Shown: positions 39,497 to 50,104, numbered from the stretch's first letter. The stretch: DNA of 64,000 bases from Oscillospiraceae bacterium (GCA_015068645.1 SVKD01000002.1:55733-119732), one strand, 5' to 3'. Translations and numbers: made by a program. The notes: a model not told the origin generated them from the sequence alone.

Positions 39497-40201
39497 CTAT
39501 TTCACCAGAGTACCGATAGTTTCGCCGGTGATGGCCTTAATAATATTTTCCGGCTGCTGCAATCCAAACACGTGAATGGGAATGTTATTATCCATACACA
39601 GAGAAGTTGCGGTGGAATCCATAACACCTAAACCACGGTTTAACACATCGATGTAGGAAATGTTGTCGAATTTTTTTGCATCGGGATTTTTTGCGGGGTC
39701 GGAATCGTAAACAGCGTCCACTTTTTTCGCGAGCAGGATTACGTCTGCACTGATTTCAGCAGCACGAAGAGCTGCAGCAGTGTCGGTGGAGAAGTAGGGG
39801 TTACCGGTTCCGCAACCAAAAATTACAACTCTGCCTTTGTCTAAATGACGTTCTGCTCTGCCACGGATATAGGGTTCTGCAATCTGACGCATATCAATGG
39901 CAGTCTGCACTCTTGCCTGAACGCCTAATGCTTCCAGGGAATCTGCAATTGCCAGAGAGTTGATGGCAGTTGCCAACATACCCATATGGTCTGCACGGGT
40001 TCTGTCCATATTTTCGCCGGTTCTTCCTCTCCAGAAGTTACCGCCGCCTACTACGATAGCAACCTGAACGCCCATCGATACACATTTTTTTACCTGTTTT
40101 CCGATATCTGAAATCACATTAAAGTCTAAACCAAAGCCGTTAGCCCCTGCCAACGCTTCGCCACTAATTTTTAACAATACTCTTTTATAAATCGGTTGCA
40201 T
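39497..40201 (-). CDS. pyrH: UMP kinase
   Basis: [49 protein letters not shown]. Confidence 0.96.
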   Translation of the reverse strand: MQPIYKRVLLKISGEALAGANGFGLDFNVISDIGKQVKKCVSMGVQVAIVVGGGNFWRGRTGENMDRTRADHMGMLATAINSLAIADSLEALGVQARVQTAIDMRQIAEPYIRGRAERHLDKGRVVIFGCGTGNPYFSTDTAAALRAAEISADVILLAKKVDAVYDSDPAKNPDAKKFDNISYIDVLNRGLGVMDSTATSLCMDNNIPIHVFGLQQPENIIKAITGETIGTLVK

Positions 40202-40343
40202 TTTGTATGCTCCTCTCTCTATATAAAACACATCTCTGTTTTCTTTTCCACTTTCAACTTGTCCTCCCAACCTTTGAGAGAACCGCCGCCGAAGGCGGGA
40301 AAAACACCCATTGGGTGCCGGAAAAACAGCTAATAGCTGCCGT

Positions 40344-40382
40344 AAAAATGGCAAGCATCAAAGGATTGTGCTTGCCATTTTT
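40344..40382 (-). terminator. Terminator after tsf
   Basis: AAAAATGGCAAGCA...TGCTTGCCATTTTT. Confidence 0.8.
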
Positions 40383-40393
40383 GAAATCGTTAA

Positions 40394-41281
40394 TTATTTA
40401 GACATATTTGCAACTTCTTCTGCAAAGTTGTCAACTTTCTTTTCTAAGCCTTCGCCTTTTTCAAAACGAACAAATTTCACCAGTTTTACGCCTTTGGAAG
40501 CTAAATACTGTTCCACGGTTTTGTCGGAATCTTTCACGAATTCCTGCTGGTTTAAGCAGTTTAAGGTGTAGAATTTAGAAATTCTGCCCATTACCATTTT
40601 TTCGATAATCTGGTCGGGTTTCCCTGCAGATTTGGGATCGTTTTTAATCTGTTCGATTAAGATTTTCTTTTCTTTTTCCACATCTTCTGCGGGAACGGTA
40701 GATTTATCTAAATAGGTGGGGTTGATAGCTGCAATCTGCATAGCTGCATCACGAGCTGCTTCGTAAGCGTCGCCGTCTAAAGCGTTTTCAGCCTGAACCA
40801 TAACACCGATTCTGCCGCCGCCATGGATATAGGTAGCAACAGCACCTTCGTATCTTTCAAATCTTCTGATGGTCATGTTTTCGCCGATGGTTAAGATTTT
40901 GTCTCTTAACATTTCTTCAACGCTCATACCGGAATCTTTGTAAGCCAATTTTAATAAAGCGTCAACATCTGCGGGATTTTCTTTTGCAACGATTTCAGCC
41001 AAATCTTTTACGAAGGTCTGGAAATCAGCATTTTTACCAACGAAGTCGGTTTCGGAGTTAACTTCGATGATAACACCAACGCCATCGCAGGTGAAATCGG
41101 AAACGATACCTTCCGCAGCAATTCTGCCTGCTTTTTTTGCAGCAGCTGCTAAACCTTTTTCTCTTAAAAATTCAACTGCTTTGTCCATATCGCCATTGGT
41201 TTCGGATAATGCTTTTTTACAGTCCATCATACCGCAACCGGTGATTTCTCTTAATTCTTTAACCATCTGAGGTGTAACCAT
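40394..41281 (-). CDS. tsf: Elongation factor Ts
   Basis: VKELREITGCGMMDCKKAL, EVNSETDFV, YIHGGGRIGV, FVRFEKGEG. Confidence 0.97.
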   Translation of the reverse strand: MVTPQMVKELREITGCGMMDCKKALSETNGDMDKAVEFLREKGLAAAAKKAGRIAAEGIVSDFTCDGVGVIIEVNSETDFVGKNADFQTFVKDLAEIVAKENPADVDALLKLAYKDSGMSVEEMLRDKILTIGENMTIRRFERYEGAVATYIHGGGRIGVMVQAENALDGDAYEAARDAAMQIAAINPTYLDKSTVPAEDVEKEKKILIEQIKNDPKSAGKPDQIIEKMVMGRISKFYTLNCLNQQEFVKDSDKTVEQYLASKGVKLVKFVRFEKGEGLEKKVDNFAEEVANMSK

Positions 41282-41360
41282 AATAAAATTCTCCTTTTCT
41301 TTGTCATATGGAAAATAGGCAAGCGCAAGGTTGCCTATTTTCTTAAAAATCAATTTCTAA

Positions 41361-42092
41361 TTATTCAGCTGCAGCTTCGTCGGTTTCTTCTTCCATTGCC
41401 TGAGCTGCGCCTTCTCTGCCTTCGATCATAGCGTTTGCCATGGTTTCAGCAATCAGTTTAACAGCGCGGATCGCATCGTCGTTACCGGGGATTACATAAT
41501 CCACTTCATCGGGATCACAGTTGGTATCTACGATTGCAACAACGGGGATATGCAGTTTCTTAGCTTCTAAGATTGCATTTCTTTCTTTTCTGGGGTCAAC
41601 AACAAACAGAACGCTGGGGAGCTTTTTCATGTTTTTGATACCGCCCAGGTATTTTTCTAATTTTTCTCTTTCTAAGTTTAATTTGATAACTTCTTTTTTG
41701 GGAAGTAAATCAAAGGTACCGTCTTCTTCCATTTTGTTTAACTGGAAGAGTCTGTCAATTCTTTTACGGATGGTTTTGAAGTTGGTTAACATACCGCCTA
41801 ACCATCTTGCGTTTACATAGTACATACCAATTCTTTCAGCTTCTGCTTTTACAGCGTCTGCAGCCTGTTTTTTGGTACCAACAAACAGGATTTCACCGCC
41901 CTGAGCTGCGATATCTCTAACAAAGTAGTAAGCTTCTTCTACTTTTTTCAGAGTTTTCTGCAGGTCGATGATGTAGATTCCGTTTCTTTCGGTGAAGATG
42001 TAGGGAGCCATTTTGGGGTTCCATCTTCTGGTCTGATGACCGAAGTGAACGCCGGCTTCCAATAACTGTTTCATGGAGATTACGTTGCTCAT
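41361..42092 (-). CDS. rpsB: 30S ribosomal protein S2
   Basis: [46 protein letters not shown]. Confidence 0.98.
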   Translation of the reverse strand: MSNVISMKQLLEAGVHFGHQTRRWNPKMAPYIFTERNGIYIIDLQKTLKKVEEAYYFVRDIAAQGGEILFVGTKKQAADAVKAEAERIGMYYVNARWLGGMLTNFKTIRKRIDRLFQLNKMEEDGTFDLLPKKEVIKLNLEREKLEKYLGGIKNMKKLPSVLFVVDPRKERNAILEAKKLHIPVVAIVDTNCDPDEVDYVIPGNDDAIRAVKLIAETMANAMIEGREGAAQAMEEETDEAAAE

Positions 42093-42104
42093 GATAAATT
42101 TCCT

Positions 42105-42220
42105 TTCTGGTTGTTCCTCGGCGCCGCGTAAAGCCTTGAAAATGCCTTACTTACAAACGAACAAAGCCATAAAAAAATTTAACTTTGTCACCGGGTTTGT
42201 ATAAGGGCGCGTGCGAATTC
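42105..42220 (-). ncRNA. rpsB 5' leader (t44-like S2 autoregulatory RNA)
   Basis: Transcript begins ...CGCACGCGCC and ends GCGGCGCCGAGG before the RBS, at the position known for the rpsB/t44 leader. Confidence 0.5.
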
Positions 42221-42226
42221 TCGAAC

Positions 42227-42255
42227 ATTATAGCACACCTTTTTTCAAAAATCAA
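42227..42255 (-). promoter_or_regulatory. rpsB promoter
   Basis: TTGATT-17 bp-TATAAT with extended TG. Confidence 0.7.
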
Positions 42256-42436
42256 GTTTTTTTGGTAATTTTTTTTATTTTTTTGAAATTTCTCTGTAAA
42301 AAGTATCCTCCCCAAGCCTTCTTTTTATATTACAAATTCAATACAATCACTAAAAAATAGTTGAAATTTCAAAAGAAATATGATATGATATTATTGAAAT
42401 GAATGCAACGCTACAGAAAGAAAGGAAGGATACCTA

Positions 42437-42676
42437 ATGACCGAAACAAGAATGGTTCAGATTCCCAAAGAGGAAGAAAAAAACATCCGTGAAATTTTGC
42501 ATTCCGTATACGAAGCTCTGAAGGAAAAGGGATATAACCCCATCAATCAGATGGTTGGTTATGTGCTTTCGGGGGACCCGACCTATATCACCAGCCACAA
42601 CGGAGCAAGAGCTATGATCGGTAAACTGGAACGGGACGATATTTTAGAAGAGCTGTTCCGCTTCTATTTAAATTAA
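42437..42676 (+). CDS. ireB: IreB/ReoM (DUF965) phosphoprotein
   Basis: [44 protein letters not shown]. Confidence 0.88.
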   Translation: MTETRMVQIPKEEEKNIREILHSVYEALKEKGYNPINQMVGYVLSGDPTYITSHNGARAMIGKLERDDILEELFRFYLN

Positions 42677-42684
42677 TCATAAAC

Positions 42685-42719
42685 AAAAAAGACTGCAGAT
42701 TTTCTGCAGTCTTTTTTTT
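42685..42719. terminator. Bidirectional terminator
   Basis: AAAAAAGACTGCAGA-TTT-TCTGCAGTCTTTTTT. Confidence 0.85.
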
Positions 42720-42766
42720 AATGAATAAAGAATAATGAATCATCTATTCTGCAATCTAAGGCGCAG

Positions 42767-43007
42767 AAAAAGGACATAGAATTTGCAAACCAAACCGAAG
42801 GGTTACCCGAAGGCGTACATCGGTACGCCGAGAGGTGAGGTTTGCAGATAGCAAAAGGCATTTCAAATTAAAATTTGTGACAACAAATTTTCACCTTGAA
42901 AAAACACCTCATCCACCGCAAGCGGTCCCCCTTCTCCTCGAGGAGAAGGCCATATCTAAGATAAACCCCTATGCCTTTTGTGGTCTATGTTCTTTTCCAA
43001 GCCGCCC
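42767..43007 (+). repeat. Family C long variant with family B element at 42905-42950, abutting spoIIE stop
   Basis: AAGGCGCAG...GGGTTACCCGAAGGCGTACATCGGTACGCCGAG...TTCCAAGCCG. Confidence 0.85.
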
Positions 43008-45371
43008 CTAATGCAAAATCTTTATTCCCAATACCGTAATATCATCAGGATTGTCACGACTTGCTTCATACGCCACAGATGCCAAAAAGTCCACGTTTTC
43101 CGAAAGATGGGGAGAGGGATTTTTACTCAGCGCGCCAAATACCCAGTCCTCTTTGGGAATGGCATCCTCCACACCGTCGGAAATCATAATGAGCATATCC
43201 TCATCGCATAAGTGGACGGTTTTTACATAAGGTTTTTTGGAACGGATTCCCGCAGGCATAGAGCCTGCTCCCACCTCAATCACCTCGTCACCCCGTTTGA
43301 AATAAGTGGGGCAAGCACCTGTTTTCACCAAAGTTGCCGTCATTTTCTTTAAATCCACAATGGCAAAATCCAATGTGGCAGATGCAGACGAAGAGGCAAT
43401 GAGAAAGGAATTGAGCATAGAAAATGCCGATTCTGCCGAAAAACCTGCCCGAAGCATTTCATCCAGCAGAGTTACCATAGAGCAGGACACTTCCGCCGCG
43501 TCTTCTCCCGTTCCCATCCCGTCGGATAAGGCAATCAAGTAACGATGACGGCTTAATCGGGAAATGATATGGCTGTCTCCCGAAGCATCCCCCTCCTGCC
43601 TGGAAAAGCTCTGCACACGCTGCTCCACGTTCCCCAGGTCTCCCTCGGTTAACAACAAACGGCACATACGGCGACTGCACCCGCCTTCGGTCACCGTCAT
43701 AGGAATGCCCAGAAGCTCGGTGGCAATTTTTTCTAAGGTGGGAAAACAGTTTTGGGTATATTTGCAAGGAGAAATTTCCAGCTTCACAAAGTATTGGTCC
43801 TCCGCTGAATGAAAGACCGACGCTTCCCGTATCAGATACCCTTCATTTCCCAGTACGCTGTAAAGCTCGGCGGAAAGGGGTGCATCAAAATAACGGTTGG
43901 TTTCCATATTTTTTTTAAGCTGACAGATAATATCAGACAGTTCCAGAAACTGCTCCCGAAAAGCGTTGGTGTTTTCCGAAAGACGACGTTTCCAAAACGC
44001 ATTTAGACGGGAAAGCTCAAAGAAATTTTTCAGAGTTTCGGTAAGCTTTTCGTTTTTTACACACCGTTTTCGGAAACCATCGGGAAAATGCTTGGGGGCA
44101 AGGGTACCGTTTTTGGTCAAACGGTTCATTCCTGCCGTCAAACCTGCTGTGGTTTCGGCGAAAAACTCCTGCCAGCAGGTACGTTTTAAGCTGCAGGAGC
44201 GACAAAGCCGTTCCTTCACAAAATCATGAAGGGTTTGTTCGCTGACCGATGCTGCATTTTCCAGCTGTTTTTTATGACGTCCGATTTCCGCCGACAATCC
44301 CGAAAATGATCTGGCGAGACGATCTAATCTGCCGATGGTAATGGCATTTTGGGAAGAAAGCCTGTCTGCCACAGGGGTTCCTTCCCGATAGCGGTCTAAA
44401 TAAGGCTCTAACAGTCCGTTGGGGATGAGAAGAAACAACATCCCTGACCAAAGGATATCCCGATAGGAAACCAGATTTTCCGTTTGGGGAAAATAGGCAG
44501 CCACAAACACATAGGAAAGCAGAAATCCCAGGCAGGCAGTCACCTTGGTGAATTTGGAGAAAATTCCCGTGAAAAATCCGTAAAGAGAATAAACGGACAT
44601 GGACAGGGTGGCAAATTCGGCAGGACGCCCCGACAAAATCCCCAAAATGGCACCTGCGGTGGTACCGCCGCCGATGCCAAAGCTGTAAGCGGCACGGGCA
44701 ATGACCAAAAAGGTGAGAATATCGTGAATCCTTACCAAAAAAATCACTGTTTCCGAACGAATACCCGAAAGCAGGGCAAACAGCAGGAATACAGAACAGT
44801 AGGTTTCGTCATGGGTAAATTTCAGCTGACTTGCTTTCACAAACTGGGCACGATATGCCTTTTTTAAGATGTAATACGATGCCACGGTAAGAATCACGGA
44901 TATTATTTTTACAATCACGTCCGACGGCAAAGGGTCTTTGGTAAAGAGTACCACGGAAAATACTCCCGCAAAGGAAAAGAACAGGTGATAAGGGTCCCAC
45001 CGTTCACTGCGTAAGATGCGTTTTAAGAAAAAACAGAGCGTTAACGCAACAATGCTGTCGTACCCGCCCACGGTATAACTTCCCAGTACGGCACCGATGT
45101 AGGCAGAAAGTCCCCCGCCCGTTGCCAGAAAAACAGATCCCCCAAAGGGAGCAATTTTGTAAAACAGACTTGTCCTGCTTAAAAAGAATGCCAGAAGAAA
45201 GTTTAATAGCTCAAACAAGATGCAAACAAAAAGCTTTTGCTCTGCTTTTTTTCGTTTCGGTTTTTTTCGTTTTTTCGGTTTTTTCGGTTCTTTTGGTTTT
45301 TTCCCTTCAGGTTTTTCTTCGTTTGGCTTCGGTAATGTTTTTGTGATGGTATCCTTCACAAGAGAAAGCAT
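43008..45371 (-). CDS. spoIIE: Stage II sporulation protein E (PP2C phosphatase)
   Basis: Multi-TM N-terminus, C..C....CW central motif, SGDS, LSDGMGTG, SATLD, ISDG and DDIT PP2C motifs. Confidence 0.85.
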   Translation of the reverse strand: MLSLVKDTITKTLPKPNEEKPEGKKPKEPKKPKKRKKPKRKKAEQKLFVCILFELLNFLLAFFLSRTSLFYKIAPFGGSVFLATGGGLSAYIGAVLGSYTVGGYDSIVALTLCFFLKRILRSERWDPYHLFFSFAGVFSVVLFTKDPLPSDVIVKIISVILTVASYYILKKAYRAQFVKASQLKFTHDETYCSVFLLFALLSGIRSETVIFLVRIHDILTFLVIARAAYSFGIGGGTTAGAILGILSGRPAEFATLSMSVYSLYGFFTGIFSKFTKVTACLGFLLSYVFVAAYFPQTENLVSYRDILWSGMLFLLIPNGLLEPYLDRYREGTPVADRLSSQNAITIGRLDRLARSFSGLSAEIGRHKKQLENAASVSEQTLHDFVKERLCRSCSLKRTCWQEFFAETTAGLTAGMNRLTKNGTLAPKHFPDGFRKRCVKNEKLTETLKNFFELSRLNAFWKRRLSENTNAFREQFLELSDIICQLKKNMETNRYFDAPLSAELYSVLGNEGYLIREASVFHSAEDQYFVKLEISPCKYTQNCFPTLEKIATELLGIPMTVTEGGCSRRMCRLLLTEGDLGNVEQRVQSFSRQEGDASGDSHIISRLSRHRYLIALSDGMGTGEDAAEVSCSMVTLLDEMLRAGFSAESAFSMLNSFLIASSSASATLDFAIVDLKKMTATLVKTGACPTYFKRGDEVIEVGAGSMPAGIRSKKPYVKTVHLCDEDMLIMISDGVEDAIPKEDWVFGALSKNPSPHLSENVDFLASVAYEASRDNPDDITVLGIKILH

Positions 45372-45616
45372 TCCCACACCAATCACTCCTTTTCCATTTT
45401 TTTCCAATTTGCACCAGTATAGCACAGATTTTATGAAAAGGGTGTTGCAATCTGTCGGGAAACAGAAAGAAACTAAAAAAGCGTTCGACTGATTTTGCCA
45501 AAGGAAACCTCTCCCAAACAGAAGATGACTTTTTTTGAGGAATTACTTGTATTTTTTGATGTGATATGTTATGATGAAAAGAGATGCTATACAAAGAGAA
45601 AAGGAATTTTTTTATC

Positions 45617-46273
45617 ATGCGATTACGAAAGAAAAAGAACACGCCCACAAGGCTGGAATTTTATAAAGATTTTTTCCTGGATTTTTCCGATGTGGAAAAA
45701 AACGGAGAAACCAACGTATCAGACTATATTGATTGCAAAGCCATTTTCGGCAACGACAATCCCGTGCATATTGAAATCGGAGCGGGGAAGGGTGATTTTA
45801 TCACCACTTTGGCAAAGGAAAATCCCCATATCAACTACATTGCATTTGAAAAATGTGCCGACGTTATCGCCATTGCGGCAACCAAATCGGAAGGGATTTC
45901 CAATTTGCGCTTTGCAAATCTGGATGCGAACCTTTTGGATGCGATGTTTGCCCCCGGCAGTATTGACCGCATCTACTTAAATTTTTCCGACCCCTGGCCC
46001 AAAGGACGTCACAGAAGAAAACGTTTAACTCACAAGCTGTTTTTAAAGAAATATGAAACCGTACTGGTAAAAGACGGGGAAATTCATTTTAAGACCGATA
46101 ATGTACGCCTGTTTCGTTTTTCTCTCCTTGAAACTAAGGAATACGGCATGGAATGGCTTCTTTTAACCTTCGATTTGCACAGAGAATATCCTGAGGGAAA
46201 CATTATGACCGAATACGAAACCCGTTTTTCCTCCATGGGTTATCCCATTCAGAAGCTTGTTGCCAAATTTTAA
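45617..46273 (+). CDS. trmB: tRNA (guanine-N7)-methyltransferase TrmB
   Basis: MRLRKK, IEIGAGKGDF, LNFSDPWPK.RH.RKRLT, FKTDN, MTEYE.RF. Confidence 0.94.
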   Translation: MRLRKKKNTPTRLEFYKDFFLDFSDVEKNGETNVSDYIDCKAIFGNDNPVHIEIGAGKGDFITTLAKENPHINYIAFEKCADVIAIAATKSEGISNLRFANLDANLLDAMFAPGSIDRIYLNFSDPWPKGRHRRKRLTHKLFLKKYETVLVKDGEIHFKTDNVRLFRFSLLETKEYGMEWLLLTFDLHREYPEGNIMTEYETRFSSMGYPIQKLVAKF

Positions 46274-46297
46274 ACACACCGAAAGGAACGAGCCATC

Positions 46298-47239
46298 ATG
46301 CATGAACACATAATCCCGCCGGTATGGCGGCTGCTGTGGTTTTGGATTCTGCTTTTTGTGGCAATTCTCTCCGGCTGGATGCTCTTTTCCACCTTAACAA
46401 ATGTGAAAACTACAGCCCCTGAAATTTCAAAGCCTGTTTCCTATGTCACAGAACCGACAAAACCGAAAGAACCGGCAGATCCTACTCAGGATCAACTGGA
46501 CGATGCCATAAAACGGGCAGAACAACTGTGCACCGAAAAATTTCTTTCCCAATACGAAATTTCCATCCAACTGAGGTCGGAAGGTCATCATTACAAAGCT
46601 GTTGAATATGCATTGAATCACCTTGCGGTGGACTGGAATGAAACAGCGCTGAAACGGGCAGAAGATTGTGCCCTCAATCAGGGAAAATCCCAACAGGAAG
46701 TCTCCACGGAAATTTCAACCCACTTTACGAAAAAAGAACTGCAATACGTCCTTCATAACATCACTGCAGACTGGAATCTTGCTGCCAAAAAGCGGGCAAA
46801 AATTCTGTCGGAGGAATACGGTGATTCCAAGCAGAACATTTATGAGATGTTAATGGAAAAAAATTTTTCTGCCCAACAGGCAAAATACGGTGTAGATTAT
46901 GCAGAGATAGACTGGAATGAAAATGCGTTAAAACATGCCAAACAGTTTCATCTGATTGATCACATGCCGGCAAAAGTGATTCTCACAAAACTGACTTCCC
47001 AAAGAGAAGAACAATTTACTGCGGAAGAAGCAAATTATGCTGTAACTGCGCTGCAAACATGGATAGAAGAGGGCATTGCCATACAAGACGGTGAGTTGGC
47101 AGATTATAACGTCAGTTATCCGAAAGGTTCTGCCAAACCTCTTTATAAGAAAAAATTCCGGATATCAGAGTATCTGTTAGATGATTATATTCCAACAACA
47201 GACACCACCTCCTATTATATCCCCTCTTACAGTTACTGA
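46298..47239 (+). CDS. Membrane-anchored protein with about four Ltp-like helix-turn-helix repeats
   Basis: N-terminal TM helix; repeated A...A......S...I..QL..E....A.YA...L..DWN..A pattern. Confidence 0.7.
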   Translation: MHEHIIPPVWRLLWFWILLFVAILSGWMLFSTLTNVKTTAPEISKPVSYVTEPTKPKEPADPTQDQLDDAIKRAEQLCTEKFLSQYEISIQLRSEGHHYKAVEYALNHLAVDWNETALKRAEDCALNQGKSQQEVSTEISTHFTKKELQYVLHNITADWNLAAKKRAKILSEEYGDSKQNIYEMLMEKNFSAQQAKYGVDYAEIDWNENALKHAKQFHLIDHMPAKVILTKLTSQREEQFTAEEANYAVTALQTWIEEGIAIQDGELADYNVSYPKGSAKPLYKKKFRISEYLLDDYIPTTDTTSYYIPSYSY

Positions 47240-47323
47240 TTCCAAAATAAGAACCCGACCCGATGACGCAATCAAAGATTGCGGTCGGGTGCCCCGGAAC
47301 CTTGTTGTATTCACAATAAATAT

Positions 47324-47350
47324 CCCCCCGTATAACGGGGGGTTTTTCAT
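47324..47350 (+). terminator. Intrinsic terminator
   Basis: CCCCCCG-TATAA-CGGGGGG followed by a T tract. Confidence 0.7.
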
Positions 47351-47487
47351 TTTCGGGCATAGCCCTAATATTACTGGCAACACACAAGTTCGTTTTTTAT
47401 TGGCCTGCCAGACATGCAACTTATACTTGCTACCCATAAATGGGTTACCGAAGTAATCTTTCTGACGAAAACTACAGAGTAATCTTC

Positions 47488-47638
47488 GGCTCCCTTGTGT
47501 AAAGGGAGCTGGCAAACCGCAAGGTTTGACTGAGGGATTGTTATATTGTGTTTTCTTCTAAAAGCTCCCTTCTTACATCAGTCACAACCCCTCCGAGTTT
47601 TGCTTTGCAAAACCCACCTCCCCTTACACAGGGGAGGC
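47488..47638. repeat. Inverted family B doublet
   Basis: GGCTCCCTTGTGTAAAGGGAGCTGGC...TGAGGG and CCCCTCCG...CACCTCCCCTTACACAGGGGAGGC. Confidence 0.7.
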
Positions 47639-47784
47639 TTTTGCTAAGAGTAGTTTGTTGTTAAATTCAAAAAAGCTGCAGTATAAATGTTACTTCAGTT
47701 GAAACGTTTGGTATCCTGCTCACCGGTGAACCTTTATCGAACCACGCGACTATCGCGTGGTTTTCGTTATACAACAAAAAGACA

Positions 47785-47961
47785 TGGAATAAAATCCATG
47801 CCTTTTGCGTTCTCCATATTTCTTTTCCAAATCTCTATCCAAGGCGAAGAAAAATGGATGCAGAATGAAGAAACCGAACACCGAAGGTGGTTACCCGAAG
47901 CCGTACCGCGTGTACGGCGAGCGGTGAGGTTCATTCATTATGCGCCATTTATCAAGCCGTC
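47785..47961 (+). repeat. Family C tail remnant plus full copy (47841-47961), abutting the epimerase stop
   Basis: AAGGCGAAG...TACCCGAAGCCGTAC-GTACGGCGAG...TTTATCAAGCCGT. Confidence 0.85.
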
Positions 47962-48951
47962 TTAGAGGTCAAAGTCTTTGTCGGTAAACTCCAACACAAT
48001 TTCAGTGGTAATAGATTCGCCCGGTTCTAAGAATTTTAATTCGCCGTTTTCACGCATAGTTTTTCTGCCGCAAGGCCAAGCGTTACCGGGTTCTAAACCA
48101 AGCACATATTCATATTCACCCATCATTTTCCATTCGGTTAAGAAGGGGAGAGTTTCTTTGGAGATACTCATGGTGAAGCCAACCTTACAATCGGGATTGT
48201 AGATACCGATTTTTGCTTTGCCTGCAGTTTCCGCCACGTCATACACATAGCATTCTTCCGCAAAACCTGCCTGAGGTTTTTCCATCACTTTTCTTTGGTC
48301 ATATTTGGGAATGAATGCATCAGCGGTGGGCTTACTGGAGATTTCGGGAATCATCACCTTTGCGTTTTCTGATAACAGCGGATATCCCAAGTTGATATGA
48401 TATAACACCTGGGAAGGTGCAGTTTTGTTACCGATATTGGTGATGGTATCAGACAGGGTGATTTTATCTTCGGTTTTGGAAATTTTATAAGTACGTTTCA
48501 TCTGGGTGTGACAAGCAAATAAAGATGCTTCGGTTGCAACTGCTTCCACGATGATTTCGTCTTCGGTTTCCCAGTAGTTGTAGCTATCGCAGGGGATGTT
48601 GCTGATTAAACCGTGCATGGGAGTGCTTTCGCCGTCATCCTCGCAGGAGCCACCAACAGCAGTCAGACCGCAGGTGGTCATAAATCCTGCAGTAAAGTTC
48701 TGTAAGAACCCTTTTCCTTTGGCATCATCATACAAACCGGGTGCCACGTAACCTGCAGGAGAGAACCATCCTAAGTTCACACCTTTGTAAGATAAGCGGG
48801 ACATATCCATACATCTGTCACAAGTTAAAGTTAAGTCAATCGCTTTGGTATTTTTAATCTGCAGAAGGTTCATACCTTTTCCTTTGCCTTTAGCTAAGGT
48901 TACTTCTTCCACACCGCCCAGCTGAGCGGGATTTCCAATATACTTATTCAT
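47962..48951 (-). CDS. Aldose 1-epimerase-like (DUF4432) protein
   Basis: DRCMDMSRLSYKG.NL, FMTTCGL, PMHG, YHINLGYPL, LGLEPGN. Confidence 0.82.
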   Translation of the reverse strand: MNKYIGNPAQLGGVEEVTLAKGKGKGMNLLQIKNTKAIDLTLTCDRCMDMSRLSYKGVNLGWFSPAGYVAPGLYDDAKGKGFLQNFTAGFMTTCGLTAVGGSCEDDGESTPMHGLISNIPCDSYNYWETEDEIIVEAVATEASLFACHTQMKRTYKISKTEDKITLSDTITNIGNKTAPSQVLYHINLGYPLLSENAKVMIPEISSKPTADAFIPKYDQRKVMEKPQAGFAEECYVYDVAETAGKAKIGIYNPDCKVGFTMSISKETLPFLTEWKMMGEYEYVLGLEPGNAWPCGRKTMRENGELKFLEPGESITTEIVLEFTDKDFDL

Positions 48952-48988
48952 AATGAATACTCCTTTATTAAATTTATAGTTTGTTTAA

Positions 48989-49036
48989 GGCTTCCCCTCG
49001 AGGGGAAGGCTCATATGTTGTTTGTTTTATCAGGCT
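48989..49036. repeat. Family B hairpin plus family C terminus remnant at trpS stop
   Basis: GGCTTCCCCTCGAGGGGAAGGC and TTTTATCAGGCT then TTA. Confidence 0.65.
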
Positions 49037-50044
49037 TTAGCGTTCGATAAAGCCGATTTTCTTATACACTTTTCTTAAAATCTTGCGGGATGCAAGACAA
49101 GCTTTTTCGGCACCCTGTTTATAAATCTGTTCCAGGTACGCTTTGTCGCCCTGCAATTGCAGGTATTTTTCTCTTACGGGACGTAATTCTTCCACCACAC
49201 ATTCTGCCACATCGCTTTTGAACACACCATAGTTTTTGCCCTGGTATTCGGCTTCGATTTCCTCAAAGGATTTGCCTGTGATGGCACCCATAATGCTCAT
49301 TAAGTTTTCGATACCTTCTTTGCCTTCCCCACGGCAGATTCTCATATCGCTGTCGGTCACCGCAGACTTGATTTTTTTGGTGATGGAATCCGCATCATCG
49401 GTGACGGTGATATAAGCTTTGGGATTTTCGTCGGATTTGGACATTTTCTTGGTGGGTTCCTGCAAACTCATAATTTTTGCGCCTGTTTTGGAGATGTAGC
49501 CTTCGGGAACGGTGAAGGTGTCACCATAATGATTGTTAAAACGGATGGCGATATCACGTGCTAATTCCAGATGCTGCATCTGGTCAATCCCAACGGGAAC
49601 CAGGTCGGTACCGTATAACAGAATGTCTGCCGCCATTAAAACGGGATAAGTGAACAGACCTGCACCGATGGATTCGTTCTGTTTGTTTTTGGTTTTATCT
49701 TTAAACTGAGTCATACGGGATAATTCACCCATATAGGAATTACACATCAATACCCAAGCCAGCTCTGCGTGAGCAGGGTTATGGGACTGCATAAACATAA
49801 TGTTTTTCTCAGGATCCAACCCGCAGGCGATATACTGGGTTAAAAAGTCCAGACAACGCTTTCTTAAATCCGCAGGATTCTGACGGACGGTGATGGCGTG
49901 CATATCCACCACGCAGTATGCACAGTCATATTCATCCTGGAGCTTTACCCAGTTTTTCAATGCACCGATATAGTTGCCGATGGTGATATGTCCTGAGGGC
50001 TGAATGCCCGAAAAGATTCGTTTTTTTCTTTCGATTTTTTCCAT
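49037..50044 (-). CDS. trpS: Tryptophan--tRNA ligase
   Basis: SGIQPSG.ITIGNY, YPVLMAADIL, VPVGIDQ, KKMSKS. Confidence 0.97.
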   Translation of the reverse strand: MEKIERKKRIFSGIQPSGHITIGNYIGALKNWVKLQDEYDCAYCVVDMHAITVRQNPADLRKRCLDFLTQYIACGLDPEKNIMFMQSHNPAHAELAWVLMCNSYMGELSRMTQFKDKTKNKQNESIGAGLFTYPVLMAADILLYGTDLVPVGIDQMQHLELARDIAIRFNNHYGDTFTVPEGYISKTGAKIMSLQEPTKKMSKSDENPKAYITVTDDADSITKKIKSAVTDSDMRICRGEGKEGIENLMSIMGAITGKSFEEIEAEYQGKNYGVFKSDVAECVVEELRPVREKYLQLQGDKAYLEQIYKQGAEKACLASRKILRKVYKKIGFIER

Positions 50045-50104
50045 TTTCTTTGCTCCTCGTCTCTGTTAGGATAATCAAAATTATAATTTGGTGATGCCAC
50101 CTCT

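Noticed and set aside
45426-45583. Spo0A boxes at the spoIIE promoter
   Set aside because: Only mismatched TGNCGAA-like sites, indistinguishable from chance.
47240-47470. Firm 6S RNA call
   Set aside because: Only a short 3' motif resembles it and the terminal closing stem could not be found. Kept as a low-interest finding.
46298-47960. Prophage or integrated element around the Ltp-like gene
   Set aside because: No integrase, repressor, structural gene or att-like direct repeat.
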